The position numbers were made by a program, and so were the translations under genes. Shown one piece after another: positions 27,229 through 36,380 of a DNA stretch of 64,000 bases (position 1 is its first letter; every line of letters begins with the position of its first letter). Origin of the DNA: Sumerlaeia bacterium (GTDB lineage: Bacteria > Sumerlaeota > Sumerlaeia > SLMS01 > JAHLLQ01); NCBI GenBank assembly GCA_040219255.1, contig JAVJSW010000039.1:64001-128000 (forward strand), given 5' to 3'. The notes under the pieces were generated by a model, which was not told the DNA's origin, ran no database searches, and worked only from the letters and a program-made list of their open reading frames with translations.

Positions 27229-29303
27229 GATCCGGCGACGAAGCCACCCTCGGGATTCGCTACATAGTTCAAGATCGCCCGCGCGTCCGTCTCGTCCACC
27301 ACGTCAAACGGGGCGATGACGTCGGCAGCCTCCAATTGGTCCGTGTTCAGGCTGACCGACCCCTTCAAGTGCTGGCGGATCAGCGAAGCGTCGAACGCGC
27401 TGACGGTGCCGTCGCCGCTGACGTCGCCCAAGGGCACGTCCAGCGAAACGACCAGGTGGTAGGCCGCGCCGTCGAAATCGCCGCTGCGCTCCGAGGTCAC
27501 GACCGCCACGTATTCGCCCGCCACCGCGGAGGCCAATTCCACCGTTTCGTCCTGGCTGCGGGCCGCGTCGCTGGTGCCGAGAATCGTTCCCTGCACCGTG
27601 CGGAGATCCAGCTTCAGGTCCTCGTCACTGGCCGCCACCGCGCCGCCGATGACCCGGGCGCGGATGCTGCCGGCGCGGGCAAGCCGGAACGAGAACACAT
27701 CCGTGTCGTTCGAAGCCTGCGGGTCCAGGACGCCCTGGAACAGATAGCCCAGCGGTAAAGGCAACGCCGAGGCGATCGCGTCGCCCACGTCGTCGGTCAC
27801 GCCCGACGAAGGGTTCGCATTGGTGGTGGCGCGAATGCGGTAGTTCGCGCTGTTGCTGGCGAAGACCTCCAGGAAATAGAAGCCTTTGGCCAGATTGCCG
27901 ATTTGGATCACTTCGTCGGTGGTTCCCGACTGGTTGTTGTAAGTCAGCCTAATGCCCTGCGCGTCGTAGATTTCCACGTTCACACCGTTGCCGCTCATGC
28001 GGTCGACGACCACGTCGAGGGCGGCGGCGGCATCGCCCTGGTCCTTGAGGAAAACGGCGAAGACATCGCGGTCGTTATTGCCCTGGATCGCGCCGGAGAA
28101 GGGCTGCGCCCCAAGCTGCAAGGCCTGGCCCCGGTTATTCGGCACGTCGTCCGCGCCCGCCGGAGCCGACGCGATCACCGTGTAGAGCCCGCCATCCCAG
28201 GCCCCGCTCGCCGTCCCCACCACGTCCAGGTAGTAGAGGCCGGGCGAGAGGTTCTGGCTGACGACCTTCGCCGAATCGCCGGTCTGGGTGCTCGCACCCC
28301 TCAGGAGCCCGGCCCGGTCACGCAGTTGCAGGACGATCTGGTCCGTATCGCCGCCCCGGTGGATGTTGAAGGCCTGGGCCTCGAACGGCCCGGCGTAGGG
28401 CACATAGATCGCAAACCGGTCGCGCGGCCCCGGGTCGGTCGTTTCCAGTTCCAGCGTCAGCGGCTGGTCCAGTGGCAGCGGCCACGCCTGGGAAAGCGCG
28501 CCTCCCACGTCGTCGATGACGGAGCTGCCGGGCGAGGCCTGATAGATCGCGCGGACGCGGTAGGTGCCGCTGTTGCCCGTCGCACGGATGAAGTAGGGGC
28601 CCCTGGGCAAGCCATTGAGAACCGAAGGCGAGGGCGACCCGTTGAGGTTCGAACGGCTCAGAAGCGTGGCGCCGGAGGAATCCTGCACGGTGAAGCTGAG
28701 CGAACCGGCAATGTTCGAGAACGCGACTTCCAGCGTGCCGCCATCATCCGGCACGGCCGCGGCGAACCAATCCACGTCGCCCGTCGCGGAGAAATTGTGC
28801 GTCACCCGGATGCCCCCATCCAACCCGGTGTTCGGGATCGCGGCGGCGTCGGAGCGATTCTCGCCCAGGTCGCTGCCGATCAGGTTCGAGGCGACCGTCA
28901 ATTCATAATCCGCCCCATCCCATCCGCCGGAGGGGCGGCCCTGGACCCGAACCCGATAGACCGCGGGCGAAAGGGAGCGCGTCACGATCTGGCGTGAAGC
29001 CCCGGCGGTCACGTTGCGGCGGTAGAGGAGCGTACCGGAGACGGTCCAAATCTCGAGATCCAGCGTATCGCCGCCGCCAGCGATGCTGGTGGCCGTCAAG
29101 GTCGCGTCCAACACCCCGGCCCCTGGCATCAACAGATAGAAGTCGTCGAAGATTTGATCGGCGGGCAGCCCCGCCTCGATGCTGCCGGTCACCGGCGATC
29201 CCAAATCGAGGAAAGTCTGAGCCACCGTTGGCACGGGAACGGCAAAGAACAAAGCCGCGAGAGTCGGAAAAAGGAGCGGTCGTAGGCAAGAAAACATCGG
29301 CAT
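27225..29303 (-). CDS. Secreted protein with five PPC-like (pre-peptidase C-terminal) domains and a C-terminal type I dockerin
   Basis: Signal peptide to PTVA|Q; repeats DDVG...A..LPL...D.D.F...G.YY..V; dockerin GDVSGDGTVSAFDASLIRQHL...AADV...VDETDARAILNY. Overlaps the next gene by 4 nt (GTGA). Confidence 0.82.
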   Translation of the reverse strand: MPMFSCLRPLLFPTLAALFFAVPVPTVAQTFLDLGSPVTGSIEAGLPADQIFDDFYLLMPGAGVLDATLTATSIAGGGDTLDLEIWTVSGTLLYRRNVTAGASRQIVTRSLSPAVYRVRVQGRPSGGWDGADYELTVASNLIGSDLGENRSDAAAIPNTGLDGGIRVTHNFSATGDVDWFAAAVPDDGGTLEVAFSNIAGSLSFTVQDSSGATLLSRSNLNGSPSPSVLNGLPRGPYFIRATGNSGTYRVRAIYQASPGSSVIDDVGGALSQAWPLPLDQPLTLELETTDPGPRDRFAIYVPYAGPFEAQAFNIHRGGDTDQIVLQLRDRAGLLRGASTQTGDSAKVVSQNLSPGLYYLDVVGTASGAWDGGLYTVIASAPAGADDVPNNRGQALQLGAQPFSGAIQGNNDRDVFAVFLKDQGDAAAALDVVVDRMSGNGVNVEIYDAQGIRLTYNNQSGTTDEVIQIGNLAKGFYFLEVFASNSANYRIRATTNANPSSGVTDDVGDAIASALPLPLGYLFQGVLDPQASNDTDVFSFRLARAGSIRARVIGGAVAASDEDLKLDLRTVQGTILGTSDAARSQDETVELASAVAGEYVAVVTSERSGDFDGAAYHLVVSLDVPLGDVSGDGTVSAFDASLIRQHLKGSVSLNTDQLEAADVIAPFDVVDETDARAILNYVANPEGGFVAGS

Positions 29304-29515
29304 ACCCTGTCGGCTGTTTGGGCGCGGAAGGCTCCGCCCCAGGTCTTTTGCGGGGATTGTCCAGGCACCGGAACCCTCGATCGCGAGTCCATTTTCCGGC
29401 ACAGGGCCCACATTTCGGCATCTGTGCCCTAGGTATAGCGTTGCCCTGCCCCCGCCGGGAAAGGAAAATTCGCGTCCCGTCACGTCATTGCCTTTTGCGG
29501 CCCTTCCTTCGACCC

Positions 29516-30439
29516 ATGCCCCTCGCCCCCTCCAACACGCCGCTGCGCATCCTGGCGGGCCCCACCGCCGCTGGAAAAACCGCTCTGGCGGTGGATCTGG
29601 CGCAAGCCACCGGCCGCGTCGTTCTTTCCACCGACTCGATGCAGGTCTATCGAGGGATGGCCATCGGCACCGCCCAGCCCACACTTGAGGAACTCGCCGC
29701 CGCGCCCCACCGGCTGATCGCCTGCGCCGAACCCGGCGAGGAATTCCACGCCGGCCGCTTCGTCTCGGAAGCGGAAGCCATCCTCAGCCGCGAACCCGCC
29801 CTCGTCGTCGGCGGCACCGGTATGTGGATTCGCGCGCTGATCGACGGACTCCTCGAGGGCGCCCCCCGGGACGAAGCTGTCCGAGCCCGCCTGGAGGGGG
29901 AACTCGCCCGCGAAGGCCTCGACACCCTGCGCGAGCGCCTCCGGCTCCTCGACCCGGAACGCGAGGCCGCCATCAACCCCAACGACGCCCTGCGGGTGCT
30001 GCGGGCTCTGGAGGTGATCGAACTGACCGGCCGGCCCATGTCCGCCCTCATGGCGGAAGGCCGCGCCGCCCGGCCGCCCCATCCCGCCCGCATCGTGGTA
30101 CTGACCCGTCCCCGCCCGGTGCTCAACGCTCGAATCGAAGCCCGCGTCGACGCGATGCTGGCCGGCGGCTGGATCGAAGAAGCCCGCGCCCTGATGGAGG
30201 CGGGCCTCTCTGAGGACTCACAGGCCGCGAAGGCCCTGGGCTACCGCCATCTTTTCGCGCATCTGCGGGGCGAGATCGGGATTACAGAGGCCGCCGACCT
30301 GATCAAGCGCGACACCCGGCGCTTCGCCAAACGCCAGATGACCTGGTTCCGCGCATGGAAGGACGCGGCGTGGGTGGATTTGGAGGATTGCGAAGGAGAA
30401 GAGGTCCTGCGAAAAGTCCGGGAGCACCTGGAAATCTGA
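29516..30439 (+). CDS. miaA: tRNA dimethylallyltransferase
   Basis: GPTAAGKT, STDSMQVYRGMAIGTA, VGGTG, RVLRALEV, TRRFAKRQMTWF. Confidence 0.96.
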   Translation: MPLAPSNTPLRILAGPTAAGKTALAVDLAQATGRVVLSTDSMQVYRGMAIGTAQPTLEELAAAPHRLIACAEPGEEFHAGRFVSEAEAILSREPALVVGGTGMWIRALIDGLLEGAPRDEAVRARLEGELAREGLDTLRERLRLLDPEREAAINPNDALRVLRALEVIELTGRPMSALMAEGRAARPPHPARIVVLTRPRPVLNARIEARVDAMLAGGWIEEARALMEAGLSEDSQAAKALGYRHLFAHLRGEIGITEAADLIKRDTRRFAKRQMTWFRAWKDAAWVDLEDCEGEEVLRKVREHLEI

Positions 30440-30441
30440 GG

Positions 30442-31095
30442 CTACGAGCCGATGAGTTTCTGGCGCCAGGAACCCAACAGTTCGCCAACGCCCTCGATAC
30501 CGATCATCCAGACCGCCGTTCCCAGCCCCGCGAAAACCAGCGCCCCGAAAAGCGAAAACGCCGATCCCGCCAGAAACCAGCGTCGGCTGCCCAGCAGCAG
30601 AGCGAGGCAGAACGCGCTGACGCCCAGCGCGGGAAAGGTGTTCGTCAGCGGCAGGAGCGGAATTGGAATTCCCAGCAGAAAGGCCGCCGCCAGAACGCCC
30701 GCGCCGCATCGGCGCGAGAACTCGGGGCTGACATCCGCTGCCAGTCTCTTGCGATTCCAGCGCTGACGCCGGGCCAACCGGACAATCCAGGTCCGCATCG
30801 CCCGCGCGAACACCCTTGGTAGAGCCAGGCCGCGCCATCGGCTCGTCGCCCCACCGTTCCCCCGCCCCGCCATGATGCGCCACCCGGCGAAAAGCAGGAA
30901 CAGGCTGGCAGGGGTTGTAATCGGGCCCAGGCTGAGCGGCGAAACGAACGGCATCGCCACCATCATCGCCGCCACCACCAGCCCCCGCGGCCCCACCGCG
31001 TCCAGTACGTCGCCCAGCCGCAGCTCGCCATTGTCCCTTTCTGCCTGGCGCATCAGAAAGAGAATCGGACGAATCTGCTGGTGAAGGGTAATCAT
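30442..31095 (-). CDS. ExoD-like exopolysaccharide synthesis membrane protein
   Basis: [16 protein letters not shown]...G.TTP and PIP.LP.TNTFPA patterns of the ExoD family. Confidence 0.7.
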   Translation of the reverse strand: MITLHQQIRPILFLMRQAERDNGELRLGDVLDAVGPRGLVVAAMMVAMPFVSPLSLGPITTPASLFLLFAGWRIMAGRGNGGATSRWRGLALPRVFARAMRTWIVRLARRQRWNRKRLAADVSPEFSRRCGAGVLAAAFLLGIPIPLLPLTNTFPALGVSAFCLALLLGSRRWFLAGSAFSLFGALVFAGLGTAVWMIGIEGVGELLGSWRQKLIGS

Positions 31096-31306
31096 GGGCT
31101 CGGGGATCGGTCTGGAATCGCGTGGCGCAAATCGACGCGCCGGGGAAATCTACCCGGCCCGAGGGCAACTCCCGGGCCAGCGATTCCGCCGCGCCTTCCG
31201 CGCCCCCGCCATCGGATTGCAGGGGCATGCTTATTGCCCACGAGGTGTCACGGGCGCGCCACCATGCACCGTCCCCATTGCAAGACTAAAGGAATCCAAG
31301 TCCCCC

Positions 31307-32461
31307 ATGAACCCAGGCCACCTAAATCGAGGTCCCCTGACCCGTCTCCTGACGTTCCCGCAGCTCGGCGCGCTCTTCGCCGCGATCGGCCTCCTGGCTG
31401 CGTGCAGCCCCGCCCCGGCGCAAGAGTCCGAGCCCGCCAGCCGCCCCGCCCCCGCCGCCGCGCCCGACGACTCCCTCGCCAAAGCCACCTTCGCCGGCGG
31501 CTGCTTCTGGTGCATGGAAGGCCCCTTCGAAAAGCTCGACGGCGTTCAGGCCGTCGTTTCCGGCTACGCCGGCGGCACCGAGGAAAACCCCACCTATCAG
31601 GACGTTTCCTCTGGCCGCACCAGCCACACGGAAGCCGTGCAGGTTTACTACGATCCCGCCCGCGTCGCTTACGACAAACTCCTCGACGTCTATTGGCGTC
31701 AAATTGACCCAACGGACCCGGACGGTCAGTTCGCCGATCAGGGCTCGCAGTACCGCCCCGCCATCTTCGTCCGCACGGAAGAGGAACGCCGCCTGGCCGA
31801 AGCTTCGAAAAATGAGCTGGCGGAAAAGGGTCCTTTCAAAGGCGACATCGTCGTCCCCATCGAGGAGTTCACCACCTTCTACCCCGCCGAAGACTACCAT
31901 CAAGACTACTACAAGACAAACAAGGCGCACTACGACCGCTACCGCGAAGGCTCGGGGCGGGGCCCGTTCCTGCGCCGCACATGGAAGGACGATTGGAAAA
32001 TGAGCGAAGCCAGCAAGAAAACCTACACGAAGCCCTCGGTGGCGGAAATCCGCGCCAAGCTGACCGACCTGCAATACCGCGTGACCCAGGAAAACGGCAC
32101 CGAGCGCGCCTTCTCGAACGAGTACTGGGACAACAAGCGCGAGGGCATTTATGTGGATGTCGTCTCCGGTGAACCCCTCTTCAGCTCGGCCGACAAGTAC
32201 AAGTCCGGCACTGGCTGGCCGAGCTTCACCCGTCCCCTCGTGGCGGAAAACGTGGTCGAAGTGCAAGACCGGTCCCACGGCATGACGCGTACCGAGGTCC
32301 GCAGCAAACACGCCGACTCTCACCTGGGCCACGTCTTCGATGACGGACCCGCGCCGACCGGCTTGCGCTACTGCATGAACTCGGCGTCCATGCGGTTCAT
32401 CCCGCTGGAGGAGATGGAAGAGGAGGGTTATGGCGAGTTTGTGGGGGCGGTTAAGAAGTAG
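31307..32461 (+). CDS. msrAB: Bifunctional methionine sulfoxide reductase MsrA/MsrB with lipoprotein signal
   Basis: LLAAC lipobox; [21 protein letters not shown] (MsrA); [30 protein letters not shown] (MsrB). Confidence 0.93.
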   Translation: MNPGHLNRGPLTRLLTFPQLGALFAAIGLLAACSPAPAQESEPASRPAPAAAPDDSLAKATFAGGCFWCMEGPFEKLDGVQAVVSGYAGGTEENPTYQDVSSGRTSHTEAVQVYYDPARVAYDKLLDVYWRQIDPTDPDGQFADQGSQYRPAIFVRTEEERRLAEASKNELAEKGPFKGDIVVPIEEFTTFYPAEDYHQDYYKTNKAHYDRYREGSGRGPFLRRTWKDDWKMSEASKKTYTKPSVAEIRAKLTDLQYRVTQENGTERAFSNEYWDNKREGIYVDVVSGEPLFSSADKYKSGTGWPSFTRPLVAENVVEVQDRSHGMTRTEVRSKHADSHLGHVFDDGPAPTGLRYCMNSASMRFIPLEEMEEEGYGEFVGAVKK

Positions 32462-32482
32462 GGTTTTCCTGTTCCCTCAAGC

Positions 32483-32642
32483 AATCACCACAGAGTCACA
32501 GAGAACACCGAGATCGTTGTCTTCATGGAAGTTAGCGGGTACGAAAGGAGGGTTTGCCATATGTGGAGTCATGGCAAGGAGACACTCTATCGTCTTGCAA
32601 CCTCTGTGCAAACTCTGTCCTCTGAGTGCTCTGTGGTTGAGG
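32483..32642 (+). repeat. CACAGAG-armed miniature inverted-repeat element, copy 1
   Basis: Left arm AATCACCACAGAGTCACAGAGAACACCGAGA and right arm CCTCTGTGCAAACTCTGTCCTCTGAGTGCTCTGTGGTTGAGG match the arms of the copy at 48277-48402. Confidence 0.75.
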
Positions 32643-32667
32643 GATCACGAGTGGTCCCCCGATAGGG

Positions 32668-33333
32668 TCAGGCGAACATCCCCAACTCCGGCAACTCGCC
32701 GGTGAACACTTCGGCCTGCATCCCGGCGGCCAGGGCCGCGTCCACGTTCTTCTGCATGTCGTCGATGAAGTAATGAGAGCGGGGCGCGCAGCCGGTGGCT
32801 TCGATGATGGCGTGAAAGAAACCCTCATCGTTCTTGGAATGTCCCAACTCGAACGACAAGAAGGCGCGGTCCCACCAGCGGTCGGCGATTTCCGGGTACG
32901 TTTCCAGGATGTGCTCCCAGTGGGGCTGGTTGGTGCTCGAGCAAATGGCAACGAACTTGCCGCGCTCGCGGGCGCGCTTCATGGCTTCGACCACGTGGTG
33001 ATTGACCGTGGTGAAGATGTCGCTCCAGACGGGGCGCAGTTCGTCGGCGGAGATATTGACGCCGTAACGCACGTCCAGGTCGCGGGCAATATCCACGAGG
33101 TCGAGCGCCCCCCGGTCCATGAGCACGTTGCGCGTGGCGTCGCGATAGGGTTCGGCGAAAAAATACCCCGCCAGCAAAGGCAGCTCGGGCACCTGCTGGC
33201 CCGGCCGCAGGCGGCCGGGGTTTTTCTCCAGAAACGTCTCCAGATTGTGCGCCACGTGTACGTGGTCGAAATTCACGAGTACTTTGCCAAGATCGCAAAG
33301 CACCCACTCGATGGCGTCTTCGTCGATTACCAT
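32668..33333 (-). CDS. HAD-superfamily phosphatase (YihX-like)
   Basis: VLCDLGKVLV, CSSTN, SFELGHSK, YFIDDMQKNV.AA...GM. Confidence 0.85.
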   Translation of the reverse strand: MVIDEDAIEWVLCDLGKVLVNFDHVHVAHNLETFLEKNPGRLRPGQQVPELPLLAGYFFAEPYRDATRNVLMDRGALDLVDIARDLDVRYGVNISADELRPVWSDIFTTVNHHVVEAMKRARERGKFVAICSSTNQPHWEHILETYPEIADRWWDRAFLSFELGHSKNDEGFFHAIIEATGCAPRSHYFIDDMQKNVDAALAAGMQAEVFTGELPELGMFA

Positions 33334-34295
33334 AAGAAGTGAACTCCCAGTGACGCCATGATCATCCACACAAGCAGACCGAGGAGGGCAATCAGGAGAT
33401 TCACCATATTTGAATAAGTCACGCTGCCCAGGGCCGTGTTCAGCTCGGGGGGCGTCACCTTCTGGTAGTTCTTGATCGCCACCGTGATTTCCGGCAGCGA
33501 CGTGATCAGCGAGCCCAGGAACCAGTGGAGCCAAGTGAACACCGCCAGACCGAACAGCCCGGTCAGTTTCTGATCGTAGATGTCCGACCAGGCAAGGAAC
33601 AGCGCGTTCATCACATAGGTGGACGCGATAACGCCCGCCGTTCCAACGAAGAACAGGGTCCAGCTCTCGTTGTGGTGCTCGGCGTCGATGTCGTCCAGCA
33701 ACTCGGGCCGATGGGTCTTCAGCCAGCGATCGAAAACCAGGAAAATACCCACCCCCGCCAGCAGCAGCGCCATCGTCAGCACCAGCGCCAGATCGAACGC
33801 CGGTTCCTGACCGTCGCCCATCAGGACCCGCAGCGCGGCGAAACCGAGCAGGAAAATCAGGAAGGAGACGACGAAGTGGTAAGCGGCCAGACGCCGTTCT
33901 TTCTTCAAGAGCTTCCACAGAGCGGCGGCCTTCTCGCGCTGGCCCGTGAACCAGAATTTCGCGAAGACGTAAATCAGCGCCACGCCGTACATCAGGTAGA
34001 TGTTCGCGAAGAGCGACCCGAGCGGATTGGCCCATCCGCCCATGCGCCGCATGGCGAAGCTGACCAGCATCGAGGCGGCCTCCGGATTGTTGGTGCTGGC
34101 GTTGATGATCAGCGTCCGCGACCGGCGGCCCAGGTGCTTGCCCGCCAGGCCCGCGGCGCTGTTGACCATCACGTCCGTGAACTTGGGAATGGCGATGAAG
34201 GCCAAAACCAGAGAGAGAACGGTGGACAGCGTGAGGAACCCGGCGTTGCCCCAGGCGCCATGCAAATCGATCAGGAATTGCGTCAAATCGAACAA
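33327..34295 (-). CDS. Sodium/calcium exchanger (CaCA) family membrane protein
   Basis: About 10 TM helices, alpha-2 motif ITSLPEI...ALGSVTYSN..N, alpha-1-like STNNPE...NPLGS..AN. Confidence 0.65.
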   Translation of the reverse strand: MFDLTQFLIDLHGAWGNAGFLTLSTVLSLVLAFIAIPKFTDVMVNSAAGLAGKHLGRRSRTLIINASTNNPEAASMLVSFAMRRMGGWANPLGSLFANIYLMYGVALIYVFAKFWFTGQREKAAALWKLLKKERRLAAYHFVVSFLIFLLGFAALRVLMGDGQEPAFDLALVLTMALLLAGVGIFLVFDRWLKTHRPELLDDIDAEHHNESWTLFFVGTAGVIASTYVMNALFLAWSDIYDQKLTGLFGLAVFTWLHWFLGSLITSLPEITVAIKNYQKVTPPELNTALGSVTYSNMVNLLIALLGLLVWMIMASLGVHFLW

Positions 34296-34521
34296 GAGTA
34301 GGACACCAGGTCAAAGGATGATGCCCGCCGTAACGGCGCGGCCGTGGCTCCGCCCGCAAAAGGCTCGCCAAGCCGTACTGGCAGCCCCGGGGCGGCGCAA
34401 TGCGAACAGGACGCGCCGAGGCCGCTCTCTTCGGTTGCCGGGCAGCCCCGCCCGCCCTACACTTCCAGGGCTGAAGCGGCCTGTGGCCGCACTTCGGACC
34501 CGGAGAACCTTTCCACCGCCC

Positions 34522-35343
34522 ATGCCCCCCGTTTCCTACAGCGACATCAAGAAGGGCCGCCGCCGCGAGTGGGACCCCCTTCTGCCGCCCGACGAGCGCC
34601 GCCGCCGCGAGGACGAAGCCCGCGCCGCCAAGCAGGAAGCCACCGCCAAGTACAAGTCCTTCCTGAAACGCCGGCAGGAAAACCTGGAGAAGCAACGCCA
34701 GGACGACGAGGTCAAGTTCCGTCAGGTGATGCGCCAGGTCACCATCGCCGGCGTGATCCTTGGCGCGTTGCTCCTGCTCTACGGGGGGTACAGCGCCTAC
34801 CGCTCGATCCAGGCCGAGCGCGCCCGCAGCGGCAAACTCGTGGAGTACTCGCGCCAGATGGACTCCGGGTTCGAGTTCTCTTCCCTCGACGACCCCATCG
34901 AAGCCTGGGCCTCCTGGCGCAGCGCCTGGCTCAAGAAAAACGCCCAGGGCCTCTTCGACACCTACGGCCCCGATCTGCGCCGCCAGGTCCTCGACTCCAC
35001 CGGCTCAAACGAATACGTCCGCTATCAGCAGCAGCGCTTCCGCACCGGGCTGCTCGACACCGACATCAGCCTGGCTCGCGGGTTCGATTCGCCCAAATAC
35101 CTGCACCAGCCCACCCGCCCCTACAGCGATGGCGAACTGGCCGTGTTCGTCAGCCGGCCCATCAGCCGCGCCGAAACCCGCGAGAAACCCCGCCCCTGGA
35201 TCGCCGCCTTCGTCTATCAAGACGCCGACGATACCTGGCGCTTTCAGGAAGTCCGGCCCCTGTCGCAATGGCGCGAGTCCTGGGACCACGCGAACCAGGT
35301 CGCCCCCCAGGCCATCAGCCTGGAAAAGCTGCGCGGCGGCTGA
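34522..35343 (+). CDS. Hypothetical single-pass membrane protein
   Basis: Charged N-terminus, one TM helix (IAGVILGALLLLYGGY), high GC3 codon usage. Confidence 0.7.
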   Translation: MPPVSYSDIKKGRRREWDPLLPPDERRRREDEARAAKQEATAKYKSFLKRRQENLEKQRQDDEVKFRQVMRQVTIAGVILGALLLLYGGYSAYRSIQAERARSGKLVEYSRQMDSGFEFSSLDDPIEAWASWRSAWLKKNAQGLFDTYGPDLRRQVLDSTGSNEYVRYQQQRFRTGLLDTDISLARGFDSPKYLHQPTRPYSDGELAVFVSRPISRAETREKPRPWIAAFVYQDADDTWRFQEVRPLSQWRESWDHANQVAPQAISLEKLRGG

Positions 35344-35350
35344 TCGACCC

Positions 35351-35557
35351 ATGGAACTGGAAGCGGACTACTCCTGCGCCTATTGCGGCGAAACCATCGC
35401 CACCCGCGTCGATGCCTCCGCCGGCCGCCATCAATCCTACACGGAAGACTGCCAGGTCTGTTGCCGCCCCAACCTGCTCCGCATCGAAATCTGGGACGAT
35501 GGTTCGGGCGATTTGCAGGCCCGCGTGGATGCGGAGCCGGAGTCCGATTGGGAATGA
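35351..35557 (+). CDS. CPXCG-motif cysteine-rich small protein
   Basis: CAYCGE...VD.SAG..Q.YTEDCQVCCRPN. Confidence 0.85.
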   Translation: MELEADYSCAYCGETIATRVDASAGRHQSYTEDCQVCCRPNLLRIEIWDDGSGDLQARVDAEPESDWE

Positions 35558-35609
35558 GGCCCCGCCGCGGAACGGAGGGCGCGGCCGGAACGCGGCTCCC
35601 GCTGGGCTT

Positions 35610-36293
35610 TCAGATCCGGTACTTCTGCACGTTCACATGATGGAGGGCGTTCTCCAGGCGCTTGACGAACTCTTCCTTTTTCAGATTTCCCCACGCCGGC
35701 AGCGATGCCCGGAAGGCGAAAAAGAATCCGATCGTCACGATCGTCACGATGAAAATCGGGTTCATCGCCCGCGCCAGGACCAGCAAGGCCGCAACGATCC
35801 CCAGCGCCACCAGAGACCCCAGCGCCACCACCAGCGAACGGCGCGTCTGCAGGCTCGATTTCGCCTCCACGACGCTCATGTCCAGGTCCTGGAGCAGGCG
35901 GGCGGTGGCTTCGGACCGCAGCACTTCCTCCGCGTCCGCCTTCTGGGCCCAGCCGCGCAACGCCGCCGCCGGGTCCAGCAGGCGCCCCCGCGGTTCGTCG
36001 TCCCCCATCCATTCCCCTGGCAAACGATAACCCGTTTCCGGTGAATACTTCACCTTGGGGAAATCGTTGTCCTCGTACACGTCCAGAGCCGATTGCGCCA
36101 GCCGTGCGGAGAGCGCCTGGCAGAGCGTCAGGAACTCCTTCTGCGTGTCCATGTCCTGGCCCCGCATGGCAATGACGCGGACCGATTCGTCCTCCGCCTC
36201 TTGCGCCAGGCGTTGCCGCTCGTCCTTTTGCTCGCCGGCAAGAAGGTCGGCGAAATTGTGCCAGAGGCTGCGGCGTGATCGGGATCGTGTCAT
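35610..36293 (-). CDS. Hypothetical membrane protein (2 C-terminal TM helices)
   Basis: GGAGAGG Shine-Dalgarno upstream, coding-like codon usage, two hydrophobic helices. Confidence 0.7.
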   Translation of the reverse strand: MTRSRSRRSLWHNFADLLAGEQKDERQRLAQEAEDESVRVIAMRGQDMDTQKEFLTLCQALSARLAQSALDVYEDNDFPKVKYSPETGYRLPGEWMGDDEPRGRLLDPAAALRGWAQKADAEEVLRSEATARLLQDLDMSVVEAKSSLQTRRSLVVALGSLVALGIVAALLVLARAMNPIFIVTIVTIGFFFAFRASLPAWGNLKKEEFVKRLENALHHVNVQKYRI

Positions 36294-36380
36294 GGAACGA
36301 AATCCTCTCCCATGGGGGTGCTGTCGAACGTATCGCGCGGGACGTGCCGATATTCAAAGCCCGTGGCGCTTTTCGCCGGA

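Noticed and set aside
32483-32642. CACAGAG resemblance to the V(D)J/Transib heptamer CACAGTG
   Set aside because: Only a 6/7 match, with no nonamer or 12/23 spacing and no transposase; treated as coincidence.
32668-34695. 675-aa ORF as a single gene
   Set aside because: Only the last 221 codons (HAD phosphatase from ATG 33333) look real; the rest overlaps the CaCA gene in another frame.
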